In this document: positions 1-13,274 of the stretch, one piece after another
How positions within the stretch are numbered: the first letter of the stretch is position 1
Layout of the letters: each line of letters opens with the position of its first letter
From: Chiloscyllium plagiosum
Taxonomy: Eukaryota
Assembly: GCF_004010195.1 (NCBI RefSeq)
Contig: NC_057719.1
Location: 71,340,831 to 71,404,830 of the forward strand
Direction of reading: 5' to 3'
DNA: 64,000 bases
Made by a program: the position numbers and the translations under genes
The notes under the pieces: model-generated
Told to the model about the DNA's origin: nothing
Seen by the model: the letters and a program-made list of their open reading frames with translations, nothing else
Database searches by the model: none

Positions 1-405
1 TACAAGTCAAGTTGGTATCTTAACTAACCCTATGATTTATTAAATAAAATTCAGCATACATCATGTGTACAAGTCTGAAAGGGAGTATCTGAAGGGAAAG
101 AGTAGGTTTGACACACTAAATGTTCAGACAAAGGATGGAATCTTCTCTGGGTCTGAGCGACGTAGGCCATGGCTGGAATTGTGGCAGAATCGCAAACACT
201 GGAGCAACTCACTGCACCTTTGTACATTTGCTAACAGCCTGGTGGGACTCTTAGTCAGCAGCAGTGTGTTATCAACTAAGGGAATTTACAACTTGTAAAA
301 TGCCTTAGCCTTATTAATGCCGCAACTCGCCTCACCACTATCAGCTTCCTATCTTATTAAAGGTATCAAATAAGCTCGACAGTGGGAATTCTTGACCCAG
401 ATGTC

Positions 406-2544
406 AGAACATAGAACATAGAACATAACAGCGCAGTACAGGCCCTTTGGCCCTCGAAGTTGCATTGACATGCCATATCAATCTGAAGCCCATCTAACCT
501 ACACTATTCCATGTACATCCATATGCTTGTCCAATGACGACTTAAATGTACTTAAAGTTGACGAATCTACTACCATTGCAGGCAAAGCATTCCATACCCT
601 TACTGCTCTCTGAGTAAAGAAACTACCTCTGACATCTGTCCTCTATCTATCACCCCTCAATTTAAAGTAATGCCCCCTCATGCTCGCTGTCACCATACTT
701 GGAAAAAGGCTCTCCCTGTCCACCCTATCCAACCCTCTGATTATCTTAAATGTCCCTATTAAGTCACCTATGAACCTTCTTCTCTCTAACGAAAACAGCC
801 TCAAGGCCCTCAGCCTTTCCTCGTAAGACCTTCCCTCCATACCAGGCAACATCCTAGTAAATCTCCTCTGCACCCTTTCCAAAGCTTCCACATCCTTCTT
901 ATAATGCGGTGACCAGAACTGCACACAATACTCCAAGTACGGCCGCACCAGAGTTTTGTACAGCTGAAGCATAAACTCATGGTTCCAAACTCGATCCCTC
1001 TATTGATAAAAGCTAAAACACTGTATGCCTTCTTAACAACCCTGTCAACCTGGGTGGCAACTTTCAAGGATCTGTGTACCTGGACCCCGAGATCGCTCTG
1101 CTCATCTACACTACCAAGAATCTTACCATTAGCCCAGTACTTTGCATTCTGGTTACTCCGACCAAGGTGAATCACCTCACACTTGTCCGCATTAAACTCC
1201 ATTTGCCACCTCTCAGCCCAGCTCTGCAGCTTATCTATGTCTCTCTGTAACCTACAACATCCTTCGTCATTATCCACAACTCCACCGACCTTAGTGTCGT
1301 CTGCAAATTTACTAACCCACCCTTCTACGCCCTCATCCAGGTTGTTTATAAAACTGACGAACAGCAGTGGACCCAACACCAACCCTTGCNNNNNNNNNNN
1401 NNNNNNNNNNNNNNNNNNNNNNNNNNNNNNNNNNNNNNNNNNNNNNNNNNNNNNNNNNNNNNNNNNNNNNNNNNNNNNNNNNNNNNNNNNNNNNNNNNNN
1501 NNNNNNNNNNNNNNNNNNNNNNNNNNNNNNNNNNNNNNNNNNNNNNNNNNNNNNNNNNNNNNNNNNNNNNNNNNNNNNNNNNNNNNNNNNNNNNNNNNNN
1601 NNNNNNNNNNNNNNNNNNNNNNNNNNNNNNNNNNNNNNNNNNNNNNNNNNNNNNNNNNNNNNNNNNNNNNNNNNNNNNNNNNNNNNNNNNNNNNNNNNNN
1701 NNNNNNNNNNNNNNNNNNNNNNNNNNNNNNNNNNNNNNNNNNNNNNNNNNNNNNNNNNNNNNNNNNNNNNNNNNNNNNNNNNNNNNNNNNNNNNNNNNNN
1801 NNNNNNNNNNNNNNNNNNNNNNNNNNNNNNNNNNNNNNNNNNNNNNNNNNNNNNNNNNNNNNNNNNNNNNNNNNNNNNNNNNNNNNNNNNNNNNNNNNNN
1901 NNNNNNNNNNNNNNNNNNNNNNNNNNNNNNNNNNNNNNNNNNNNNNNNNNNNNNNNNNNNNNNNNNNNNNNNNNNNNNNNNNNNNNNNNNNNNNNNNNNN
2001 NNNNNNNNNNNNNNNNNNNNNNNNNNNNNNNNNNNNNNNNNNNNNNNNNNNNNNNNNNNNNNNNNNNNNNNNNNNNNNNNNNNCTTCTTCTTCCTCTTGA
2101 CCAGAGATTCCACTTCCTTCGTAAACCATGGCTCCCGTGCTCTACAGCTTCCTCCCTGCCTGACAGGTACATACTTATCTAGGACACACAGGAGCTTTTC
2201 TTTGAATAAGCTCCACATTTCTAATGTGCCTATCCCCTGCAGTTTCCTTCTCCATTCTATGCTTCCTAAATCTTGCCTAATCACATCGTAATTGCCTTTC
2301 CCCCAGCTGTAACTCTTGCCCAATGCTATACACCTATCCCTTTCTATCACTAAAGTAAACATAACAGAATTGTGATTGCTGTCACCAAAGTGCTCACCTA
2401 CTTCCAAGTCTAACACCTGGCCGGGCTCATTACCCATTACAAAATCTAATGTGGCTTTGCCCCTTGTTGGCCTGTCTACATACTGTGTCAGGAAGCCCTC
2501 CTGCACACACTGGACAAAAACTGACCCATCTATAGTGCTCGTAC
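406..2544 (-). mobile_element. CR1-clade LINE, 5'-truncated, ORF2 remnant (endonuclease C-terminus, RT, 3' UTR), spans assembly gap
   Basis: Minus-strand translations give PTRGKATLDFVMGNEPGQV...GDSNHNSV (APE end), QGLVLGPLLF..FINNLD...SKFADDTK (RT) and LYKTLVRPYLEYCVQFWSPHY (CR1 C-terminus). The 3' end is (AGAACAT)3 at 406-426. Frameshift near 975. Confidence 0.95.
1390..2083. other. Assembly gap (694 N)
   Basis: Run of N inside the CR1 copy. Confidence 1.
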
Positions 2545-3012
2545 CAAGTGCCTCCCACTCACCCCCAGGACTATTCATGCTGCTCAGCAGCTCATGGCAT
2601 GATCAGTGGGCACAAGCCACATGTACCACTTGTCTGTGGACATCTGGCATTTGCTAACCCGTTATGAAACAATAGGAACATTATGGCCATGGTCAATCCA
2701 TTGGGTCCATCCCATAGCTGGGTCACCCCTGGAGCATTCTGTGGAGAATTCTGAAGGGGCCTATGTGTGATTCATCCTCTAACTGGGTTACTCTCCCCAA
2801 CCCATGGCACCGCCCTATCCCCGTGTGAGGAAGGGGCACCTGGAGTGTGCACCAGATTCCCCACCCTCTCCTGTCACATTGCCTTCGGTCCTGAGGACTA
2901 GTGCCTGGCAAGATAGAGTGCAGTTGTGTGCGTGTATCTAGCAGAAGCTGAGGATGCTGAACCTGGCTCTCCATGGCAACTGTCACCCTGTCCTTGGAGA
3001 CAGAAAACATGC

Positions 3013-3334
3013 CATAGAGTCATAGAGAGGTACAGCATGGAAACAAACTCTTTGGTCCAACTCGTCGAAGCCTATCAGATATCTTCGATAAATCTAGTTC
3101 CAATTGCCAGCTTTTGGCCCAACTCCCTCTAAACCTTTTCTATTTATGTACCCATGCAGGTGCCTTTTAAATGTTGGAATTGTACCAGCCTCCACCACTT
3201 CCTCTAGCAACTTATTCCATCCACGCACCACCTTCAGCGTGAAAACGCTGCCCCTTAGGTGTTTGTTCAATCTTTCCCCACTCACCTTAAACCTGTGGCC
3301 TCTAGTTTTGGACTTGCCCACCCCAGGGAAAAGA
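3013..3334 (-). mobile_element. CR1 LINE 3' fragment
   Basis: KTRGHRFKVSGERL...FTLKVVRGWNKLLEEVVEAGTIPTFKRHL plus a CATAGAGTCATAGAG-type tail. Confidence 0.92.
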
Positions 3335-3536
3335 TCGGATATGTAGCTGCAGTCTTGCAGCTTCTGGCCACTGACAGCAATTGCCTCTCACATTCCTGCC
3401 TGCTGCTCCTGTTCCTGTGTGCATGGACCAGGTCCCTAATTAGTGACACCACAGGGTGCTCTCCTGCCTGGGGATAAGCAGGTACCGACTCTCTGGCAGC
3501 CTTCCAAGTGCCAGTGAGCTGGACATTTCATCCTCG

Positions 3537-3620
3537 GTAAAAACAATGACTGCAGATGCTGGAAACCAGATTCTGGATTAGAGTGGTGCTGGAAAAGCAC
3601 AGCAATTCAGGCAGCATCTG
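3537..3620 (-). mobile_element. Penelope-like pLTR 3' end plus tail fragment
   Basis: Matches the arm and tail of the palindromic elements at 28030 and 58014 (ACTGCAGATGCTGGA...GATTAGAGTGGTGCTGGAAAAGCACAGC). Confidence 0.8.
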
Positions 3621-3981
3621 GGCCCTTAGCCTGTTGTGGAGCTGTCACAGTGAGCTGTTCATCACCTTGTGCTCCCACCCTTTCTAAGGCTCATGTTGCT
3701 GCCAACGTGTCAGTATCTGAGCTGGTGGAGTTGCTGCAGGAGGCAAACTTCCAGATACTTCCTGTGTGGGCCTTGGCACAACTGCCCTCAAAGTTTGAGA
3801 AGGTAGTTTCTGCTGGAGCTGGCCATTTCTCTGCAGAGGCAGGGAATGCCTCATTGGCACCTGCAAGACACAAGGGAAGGAAGGTATCACAGCAAGCACT
3901 TAGAGGAGGTGTGTAATGAATGACTGATAGTGGGTTACGGTGAGAGTTACAGTGAAATGAAAAGTACTTCTTACTCAGTTT

Positions 3982-4102
3982 TTTAAATTCACTCATGGGA
4001 TGTGGACAGCACTGGCTGACCAGCATTTACTGACAATCCCTGGTTGCCCTTGAGAAGGTGGTGGTTAGCTGCTTTCTTGAACTGCTGCAGCCCACATGTT
4101 GT
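3982..4102 (-). mobile_element. 3' tail of a LINE/SINE family also seen at 17352, 20790 and 51447
   Basis: CACTCATGGGATGTGG...CAGCATTTACT...TGCCCTTGAGAAGGTGGTGG recurs at 51448-51545. Confidence 0.7.
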
Positions 4103-5632
4103 TGTTGAAACATTGATGGCACTGATCTCCACAAGAGAGGTCCTTGCCTTCTCCCACAAGGGCCAGGATTCTCTCCTCGTAGGCGCTGAGGAGTCGAGGA
4201 GTTCCAGGTCCTTTCTTCACTCTTCTCCCGTACTGAGAGAAAGGGAAGGAATGGGTAAGTTAGAAGTGATTGACATGGCTCTTACTGCTAGTGCTGTTGG
4301 GGAAGATGTGGTGAGGTATTCCGAGGTAGTGTGTCGGCAGCGCGCAAGTCATGCAGTATTAGTGCGGGACGTTGAGGTGAAACAATAGGAAGTGAGGGAA
4401 GATGCTGCAGGCAATCGTGAGAGTGGCGTAGTGTGAGCCTTAGTGAAAGATGGATGCAGTAATAGAGATAGAGTGAGTGTGACATGACTGTGTGACACTT
4501 ACCCTGGCAGAATGGGGAAAGTTATTGACCTTCTTGCACCACTGTTGCCACACTGACGCAGGTGGCAACTTTGGAACAGGTTGCCAGGGTCTGGTGTTGT
4601 GGCCTCCTCTGCCAGTCCTCTACATCACCCCAACCGCCAGGACCTCCCAGAACTTGTTGGAGAGGCACACTCTATAGTCAATAATTACCTCGGATATTAA
4701 ATGTGTACTGGTGTGGTTCAGTGAAGAAAACCACAAATGCTCTCAGATATAAAAGAAGCTCCAAACACTATAACGTGGAACAGAAGGAATTAGGAGAAAA
4801 CATTGTCCAGCCATATTAAATGTTAAATGACTTGCACAAGGCAATTTTGATTCAGAGAGAAAATTCAAGCATAATTTTTAACCTGTGTGAAGTTATTTAA
4901 AATTCAATATTAGGACTGTTTGTTCAGATATTTGTGACGGTTTCCCTGAGCAGTATTTGGGACAAAAATATTTGGAGTATTCAAAATGCAACTGGCTGCT
5001 AATATTGCTGAGACACACGACAGGCTGTGGAAATATTTTTTCAGCCTTAAGTTTCCTGAAACCATTTCTAGTGGTGTTATTCTTACAGCCATGAATTTAT
5101 CAGTTTTGTAAAACTAAAAATCTTTTCCACCAACATTGCAGCACGTCTGGTATTGTGGAAAAAGATGAATCATATAGGTGCAAGTATTAATCAATGCTGC
5201 AGAGCTATTTGTAGTGGATAATGAGTGTCATATTATGCAGGATCCCTGATGGAAAGCCAGTCAGCTGCTCCTCTTCTTATACTTGCTGGTTTGATAATAC
5301 AGATGACATTACGCCGTGACATTTTCCTGCAAAACTTCATGCTGAATATTTGTGAAAAGTATCCTGTCGGGACAAATTGGGTATTTGAAGATGATTTCCT
5401 TTGTAAAGAAAGACAACATGGAATTGGATGGAAGTACATGAATAAATTACCCAATTTTGCTGAAACAAAATGGATGATTCTTTTTGTATGGGCTTTTTGA
5501 TCTCATTAAAGGAGCTTCTGAGGATTTTCAAAATTAACTAATAAAAAAACTGCAATATTTTTGTAATTTTAAAACAAAAGGAGCATTCAGAAGAATTAAC
5601 ATATATTTGGAATGTCACTTTTTCTAAAATCG

Positions 5633-5765
5633 AATCCCTACAGTATGGAAACAGACCCACAGCCCAACAAGTCCACACTGACCCTGTGAAGAGCAACCCA
5701 CTCTACCCCCATTGCTCCACATTTATCCTGACTAATACTCCTAACCAACACATCCTTGAACACTA
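5633..5765 (-). mobile_element. HE1/V-SINE-like SINE, 3' part
   Basis: The reverse complement resembles the 3' half of the SINE at 59815-60135 and has a CR1-like tail (TCCCTACAGTATGGAAACAGACCC). Confidence 0.7.
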
Positions 5766-6589
5766 AGCTTCTCTCACATATAGGACATATTTATCTAGGT
5801 CAGGGGGGTCATGAGGTTAATTTTGGAAATATTTATATCTCTATTGGCCACTTTTTGTGGGAGATTTTAAAATCACTTTCTGACAGAAGTTAAGTGTTCT
5901 GGATTGGAGGGCTTCATTGCCTATGGTGATTTCAATCTTCATGACTTGTTATTCTGGTTCAGAAATACCCAGGTCCAGAAAACAGTTCTACATGCTGTCT
6001 GAACAGAGTGAGAGCGCATAGAGCAGATCTGCTGCCTCTCAATTGAGTGCTGGAAATGTTGCGTCATCCCGTGTGTGCTTGCAGGACCAGTAGGAATTTT
6101 TGTGATGGAAACAAATGTTCAGGCTTTCCTAATCTTTCTGCATGTAATCTGTGTGTCTTGGCTGCTTTGCAGTTTCTTGACTGGCCACAGCTTGCTAATT
6201 TGATTGTCTTGGGTGTGCTGTTGCTCCCTCCCTAGGTTATTTGCAAGGCATAACCAGCAAGGCTGTATTTTTGGTGTGAAAAAGTGCCCCCAGGCCTGAA
6301 GAGTATGGATAAAATGCTTTCTCTAGTCTTCAACTACCTGTGGGGAGCTGTTTTGGATGATCTCTACTTCCCATGCCCAGCCACTACTGTTTAGTCACCC
6401 TACTCAACAATCTGCAGAGGAAAGAGGCTGCAGAAGCAGTGGATCCAGTACTGCCCCCACCACACTACCCTTCCCCATCCCATGCCCCCAAGTCCATCCC
6501 AGGAGCAGTCTATCTGGTAGCAGCTGTTTCATAAATCTTCACAGTATGGAGAATCTGACTCATTCAAATTTCAGCAAACTCACCACAAC

Positions 6590-7205
6590 TTGATTTGATT
6601 TGATTTATTATTGTTCCATGTACCTAAGTACAATGAACAGTCTTGTTTTGCATGCAATACAGGCAGGTCACACAATACAAAGTGCATTATGGTAATAGAA
6701 CAGAGTGGGAAATACAAAGTTACAGCTGCAAAGAAGGTGCACAAAAAGCTGGCTCAACATTAGATTTGAAATTTGAGAGGTCCATTCAAAAGTCTAATAA
6801 TAATGGGGAAGAAGTTGTTCTTGAACCTGTTAGTACCTGGGTTTAAGGTTTTGTATCTTCTGCCTGACTGTAACCTGGTGTCATTTGATCTTTGACCTAG
6901 TCCACCCCAGTCCAACTCCAGCACCTCCACATCACAGCAATGAATGGAAGGTTAGTTTGCCTGATGGTCCGGGCTGTGTTCACAACTTTCTGTAGTTTAT
7001 TTCAGTCCCGGACATAGCAGTGGCTGTACCAAGCCATGATGCATCCAGATAGAATACTTTCTATCTGTAAAGGTTGGTGACAGTCCTTATGGGCATGCTG
7101 AATTTCCTGAGCCACGTGAGGAAGAAGAGGTGTTGTTGTGCCTTCTTCACCGTCGCATCAACGTGAATGGTCCAGGACAGATTGTTGGTAATCATCACTC
7201 CTAAG
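6590..7205 (-). mobile_element. Rex1/Babar-like LINE 3' fragment
   Basis: ITNNLSWTIHVDATVKKAQQHLFFLTWLRKFSMPIRTVTNLYR on the minus strand. The 3' end reads AATAAATCAAATCAAATCAA on the minus strand (6590-6610). Confidence 0.8.
6870..6933 (+). mobile_element. Short retroposon 3'-end fragment nested in the Rex1-like copy
   Basis: TAACCTGGTGTC...GTCCACCCCAGTCCAACTCCAGCACCTCCACATCA resembles a recalled LINE/SINE 3' terminus and interrupts the Rex1-like sequence. Confidence 0.5.
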
Positions 7206-7639
7206 ATTATGACTGCTGACTGGAGAGAGATGTGAATTTCCAGAACAAAGGGACTATATGGAATACTCTGACAGTGATGCAAAGCACTTAAAACACCTCA
7301 ATCATGTGAGCACTTGACAACTATTTCACTTTCACACCGAGACTTTTGCTGCAGTTGAAAGAGGTGAGGCCTCTGCACTTTTCAGTTAAATCTTCAAAAA
7401 TCACTAACTGGTATCAACACTGTTACCACGTTGTAACTTCAGTGAAAATGAATAGTAGAATAATGACTGGGAGGTTATGTAGATATGTCTGGTCTGCACC
7501 GAGTGCATAGGATTATACATCATATCTTGTGAGACGCTCACTGTCACTTCACAAGTGGTATTTATACTGATAACAGAGGATGGAGAGGAGTGAAAGAAGT
7601 AAACACTCAGGTTCTGTCATGACACGCGTCACTTTCAGC

Positions 7640-7945
7640 ACCATTCACCCATTTCCATCCACTCAGTCTCCATTATCCCCTAGCCAGCTTATCTTCCCTG
7701 GCTTACTATCAACAATCCCTCTGTCTAAGTTTTTTCTTCTCTTTCTCTCTGTCTGGGCTCCTCTCCATCTAGCCACTCACTCCTTCATGCCTCCACCCCC
7801 CCACTACTGTTTTCTAGATGCTATCAGTTCTAAAGGGTCACTGGACCCAAAACATTAACTCTGTTACCTCCACAGATGCCACCACACCTGCTGAGTTTCT
7901 CCAGCAATTTCTGTTTTTGTTTCAGATTCCCACTCTCTGTAGTTC
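7640..7945 (+). mobile_element. Old Penelope-like 3' region / pLTR with decayed hammerhead
   Basis: A pyrimidine-rich tract is followed by AAGGGTCACTGGACCCAAAACATTAACTCTG...CCTGCTGAGTTTCTCCAGCAATTTCTG, homologous to 44960-45047. Confidence 0.7.
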
Positions 7946-9384
7946 TTCTTTTTATCCTTCCTACAACGTTGAGGCTATAATTACCTTAACAGTTGTCTTT
8001 GAAGCTTTTATATGGTGAAGCTCACCAATTACACCTTAACTTTTACATTCTGAACATTGTGCATAAAATTAGGACACAGTATTCCTTCAACAATTTGTAA
8101 TCTTAACGAGCTATGCAATATTTCTGTAGGGGAGAACTGGCCATTTGACCCATTGTGGCTGTACCAGTTCTTGGGAAATGTTATCCAATTAGCCCACTCC
8201 CCTGTGCTTTCCCACAGTCTGCAAATTGTTCCTTTTCAATATCTATCCAATTATCTACTTGAGGTTATAACACCTTTAATGGGGAGGCTTCACACACATT
8301 TCTCTCTAATAGATGGAATTGCCATGAAGTCATGAAATTTTGAAAAAATCTTCAGAAGCTATAGTTTTTTTCTGTAAATGCACTAGACTAATGTTAAGTA
8401 TTATTAAAAATGGAAAATATTATTGATCAGGAGAATAATTTTTATTGGAACAATTAATCACACTGCAGTCTGTCTATTTAATTACATTGAATTCTTAAGT
8501 TCTTAATTTTATATGGGAGTTTCAAGTATATTTTCACATTTGGTTGTTCGTTGTTATTTAACAACTGCAAAAATGTCAAATCTATTCGTCGAAGGATTAT
8601 TTCTCATGTTCTACTCTTGACTCCAGCTGTATCAGCATTTCAGTGGTAGAGCTTTATATTTGCACCAAACAATTAACTGCAGGTAAATTAAAACACAATT
8701 ATAACATAAATGAGAACTCTGATAACTGTCTGTTGTTGCACATCTGCTTTCATTTATGTAGTTCACTGATGTGTTTGCTTTGTAAATACGTGCATTAAAT
8801 CATTGTTGATAACTCACAAGAGAAGTGCTCAAAATTCACAGCGAGACAGTGAAATTAATTATAACTATTGAAATCTGTAGCGATAATTCTGTGTCATTTT
8901 GGAAGATGAAATACGTTTCACTTTTTGTGCACTCCACTAAATGATCTGATGAATGTATAATCATTCACAGATTTCAAAATGCTGAAAATTGATTACCTTT
9001 GATTAGCTCTGATCTACACAGAAAGCTCTGACAGAGTATATGTGAAACATTAGAACATTACAAAGTAACAAATGATTTAATTACCAGTGTGCCTGTTAAT
9101 ATAGGATTCCCTACAGAGAACCTGTCAAATCACTGGTCTGTAATAAACCTGTAAGTTTCACTTAATTCTATTAAGGTTTAAATAATATTTCCCACTGTCC
9201 GCATGGCTGTGGTGTAAAGTTTCTTTATGTAATCTAATCATTTTAATTAGGATAGAATAATTTTAAAACCTTTGCAAAATTTCAATTAGATGTCTACTGT
9301 TTATAATTAAAATATGCATAATTACTGAATTTGTTTCTTACACTACACATTGTTCCTTTAAGCTACAACATGCTCTATTTTATA

Positions 9385-9560
9385 TCAACAACTTATATTT
9401 CTATAGCATTTGTAGCATTTTTGAACATACAAAGGCATTTCATGGGAATGGAATAAAACAAAATTTGTCAGCTAGCTAATAATGGAAGATATTAGGGGAG
9501 GTGACCAGAAACTCAAAGCAGATAAGAGAGATAGCACTGACAGGATTATGAAAGGATTTT
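9385..9560 (-). mobile_element. L2/DeuSINE-type 3' tail, degraded
   Basis: CAACAACTTATATTTCTATAGCATTT matches the tail at 37655 and the reverse complement of 62155-62180. Confidence 0.55.
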
Positions 9561-9659
9561 GACAGTTTAGGATTTTGGCAGTTAAGTGCATTGCCAGGAA
9601 TAGTGGACCAATTGAGAAACAAAATGTTAGATACATTTTTGAGCCTCCGAAGTTCACGT

Positions 9660-10465
9660 GGTGCAGGTACACTCCCATGCTACATGGAAAGAAATTCCTG
9701 GATTTTGCACCAGTGACTGTGAAGGCGTAACACTGCAGTTTCAAATCAAGATAATGTGTGTCTTGGAGGGGAATTTGCATGTGGTATTACCACATATCTG
9801 CTGCCCATATTTTTCTAGGTGTTACATGCTAAGGATTTGGAAGGTTCTGTCTACAGAATCTTGGTCAGTTGCTTCACTACATCTTATATAAGGTACTCAC
9901 TGCTGCCATTGTGCATCAGTGGCAGAGGGTGAGGGTGTTTAAACTGGTGGGGTGGGATGCAAACCAAGCAGGCTGCTATCTACTGCACAGTGCTAAGCTT
10001 TCTAGGCATTATTGGAGTTATACTCATTCAGGCACCATAGACCTGGTTTATGTCTTGCAGATAGTGGGAGCCAGGAATTGACTTACTTGTTGTAGAATTC
10101 TCACATCTTGAAGCCAAAGTATGGTTGGTCTAGTACAGATTCTGATCAATTGGAACCCCCAGGTTGTTGATAACGCAAGATTTATTAATGGTAATATCAT
10201 TGAGCATCAAGGGACTACGGTTCAATTCTGTTTTATTACAGATTGTCATTGGCATGTGTGTGTGATGCAGATGCTACTTTGCTGTTTATCAACACAAGAG
10301 TGAACATTGTCCAGATCTTGCTCCACGTGGACATATAATGCTGCAGCATGTGAAGAGTCATAAACAATGCTGGACATTGTGCAATCATCAGCAAACATCC
10401 CCACTTCTGACCTTACAATGGAGGAAGGTCATCAATGAAGCAACAAAGGATGGTAGGACCAGGCT
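9660..10465 (-). mobile_element. Degraded CR1/L2-group LINE RT fragment (same family as 51447-53470)
   Basis: PGPTILCCFIDDLP and GCAATCATCAGCAAACATCCCCACT (GMFADDC on the minus strand) at 10381-10405 are near-identical to 53173-53197. Confidence 0.8.
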
Positions 10466-13274
10466 TTCTATATATATTCATACTAAATTTTCTTACAAGG
10501 TCGACAGTGGAAGTGCTTTCCTTTGCATGATCTCTACAGGTGCAACAGCATTTTCCACACTTTCTGCTTCCTTTGTCTTTGATGTTCTTAATTACGTTTT
10601 CCCCTTCCACTGAGCACTGTAGCAATTTTCCTTTGACTATTTCCTTCCTTACATTTTGTCATTTTATTTTTCAGAGTCTTCCTTTATCGATCAGAAGCCA
10701 ACACAACATGAGCACTGACTGTGCTTTGTGGGTGAAGTTCTAGATGTGAGACAGTATGGGCAGAATCTTTATCTGGGACTGCGTGATATTGGCTAAAGCG
10801 AAATGTATGACAGGATCCGGTGACAAGTCTGCCACAGACTGTCCACCTGGACACAGGAACAATGCACACCATCTTTAATATTTATACAGGTAGCATGGCA
10901 AAATTGCTGCTGTGTAGCAATGGGATGCCAGTTGACAGTGATTATTGTTTGTTAACAGTCCAATTAATATTCAGCCTCCCATCTTACCAAACTCCCCCAC
11001 AAAACAAACATGGAGAATACTCAACAAAGAACCCAGAGTGCACACCTGGTGCATTCAGCTCATTACTTGCTCCAGTCAATTGCCATGTTGGGAACCGGAA
11101 CTGGGCACCAACCTCCTGGGGCACTCTCCATGGGCACTGGCCACCCACACACACATGTCCAAGGAGATTGCTATTCAATTTGTGTCAGCCTTTAAAAAAC
11201 CTCATGACACATCTCTGATGCACTTGCAGGACACTTCTACACTTCACTGCTGCATCTCAATGTGCATGGGCAGCTATCATTTTGGTAGTGCACTGAAGGT
11301 GAGGAGACAGAGGTCTTGGTTGTTGTCTCTCTAGCCGGAGTGCAATCCATGCTGACTCCTCCTGGGAAAGCCCATTGTATTACAAGTCAATAGGGTGGTA
11401 GAGAGATCACTGGTGGGTCCTGAGGAAAGGAGAAGACACTTGCTGAGAGCTGACAGCCAATCAAATGCTGGCTGTTTTACTCAGCAGTGCCAATAAGGAG
11501 GTAGTGGCTATTGTTGGTTCAATATCCAACTGGAGGCTTAACGACTCAGGCCAGAAAATAACAGAGGTGTTTCGTAGTGTGAGGGTCACATTGGAGGGTG
11601 GTGTAAGGAATCAGTAGCTAAGGGAAGGGGCAGATGTCAGCATTCTCTCAATCAAAATGTTGGGTGGCCTCCTTGCCTTCGAATGAAGGAACACCCAACA
11701 GGAAACTACAAACCACCTACATGTGCCTCCTGATAATGCTCCTAATGTAACAACAAGCCCTCCTTTTATTGGCCTCATACCAGCAGGAAGAGACCCTCAA
11801 TTGGGCAGTAATCGCCCACTGAAGGAATTTGATTGGCAGTGGGGTAGTTAGGCATCCATGGACCTTAGTGCCACAGACTTAGAACAGAAATGGGAAGGTG
11901 GTCAGGTTCCCATCCAGTACCATCCCAATTAATGAAATACCCTACCTGCATTTAAACTCGCCATGGCAAAGAGCCCTAAATACCTCATAGGGATTAAACT
12001 TGGAATGTTTTGAAGTGTAAGCTTCAACAAATGTCTGGATAAATCTGCTGAGCTATTTAGGGAAGGCTTGAAAATCTGCAATGAAACCATATAGTAATCT
12101 ATAAAGGTGACTGTACTCGTGCAAATATCTCCTCTGCCACTCATCTCGCTGCATGGTATATTCATGAGTTATTAGTAGCAAACTGTTTCAAATGCCACTT
12201 AAAGTTATGTCCAACACAGCTTTTCATTGCAAAGGAAATGCAGGTGCAAACTTCCTTTGTCATCATTTTAAAACATATTGGTCTGTGGATTGTTTCCTCT
12301 GGATTAACAAACAAATATGTTTTCATTGATTCTGAAAAGGAATGCAATTTTATTAAAACGTATGTTAAAAGTTTCTTCATTGAAAATTATGGCTAAACCT
12401 CCATTGCATGGGCAATGGCAAAGTGAAAGCATTAAAATGAAACGGAAAATTTGGAAATTTTCGCATCACATCTTTTTAATAATTTACCGATTAAAATCTC
12501 AGGCGATCTGCACTCTACAGAAATTCTTTAAAACTCCTTTTGGGCATCTAATCATTAGTTGTGAATAATTATATAGATACACTATTTGACCTTAATTTCC
12601 AAAAATAAAAGTAATTACATCCAAGCAAATAATGGCAACCATGAACTCAATTATACTTGTAATAAGCTAAAGGCCAATAGTGTATTAAGTGCAAGTAATT
12701 TTACTGATATTCTGACTCTGAATACACAATCATATGCAATAAGAAGTTTATACATTTGAACTAATCTTCACTGAAGCATTTTCAAATGTAGACATGATGT
12801 ATCATAGCAACATAACTGAAGGCTTAGACAACAGTGATAACAAATAGCCTGGACACCAATATGAATGTGTTTGTGCCATTTTGAGCACTGTCTGTCAGGA
12901 CAACGTCTGTTCTTTCCATGTAATTGTCTCACCTTCCTTGTTGTTCCATATTCTGACCTTGTCGGTTTCAGCTTAATTGACACGCTTGCCCCTTCCTTTC
13001 ACTATTCCAAAACTAACTCTCAATAACATTCTTTCTGCTTTACGAATGAAACTTTAGGAGTGTGGCGAGAGGAAGCTCATTTAATGCTTAACAAGCTGAA
13101 AGGGCATCGCTACACCAGAGATCTGAGGTAAGAGAAAGTGTCTTGAGCTCTTCAGCATTAAACAGAGTCAACTGTTAGATGACCTTGGAGAGATTGTAAA
13201 CTGTGTGTAAAAGAAAAACCTGGAAAATTACTCCAAACTGAACTGAGGATAAAACATTATGATGCTCCTCTTAG

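Larger units (their letters stand above)
2545..4680 (-). pseudogene. Harbinger transposon Myb/SANT-like accessory gene remnant, three exon-like segments, interrupted by later insertions
   Basis: Exon 1 (about 4670-4503) gives EDWQRRPQHQTLATCSKVATCVSV.../WCKKVNNFPHSAR then GTAAGT donor. Exon 2 follows CCTTCCCTTTCTCTCAG (4233) and gives RVKKGPGTPRLLSAYEERILALVGEGKDLSCGD. Exon 3 follows CCTTCCCTTGTGTCTTGCAG (3861) and is S/T/A-rich, continuing to DRVTVAMESQVQ near 2990. Confidence 0.75.

Noticed and set aside
810..2578. Long ORFs of 271-439 aa in the track
   Set aside because: Their length comes from N runs translated as X. The real residues belong to the CR1 copy.
5225..5500. 91-aa ORF as a host exon
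   Set aside because: No recognisable domain, GTG start and no convincing splice sites.
10758..11980. Possible further Harbinger-type element starting GGGCAGAATCTTTA
   Set aside because: The left end resembles 20064 and 39676, but I found no matching right end or coding remnant.
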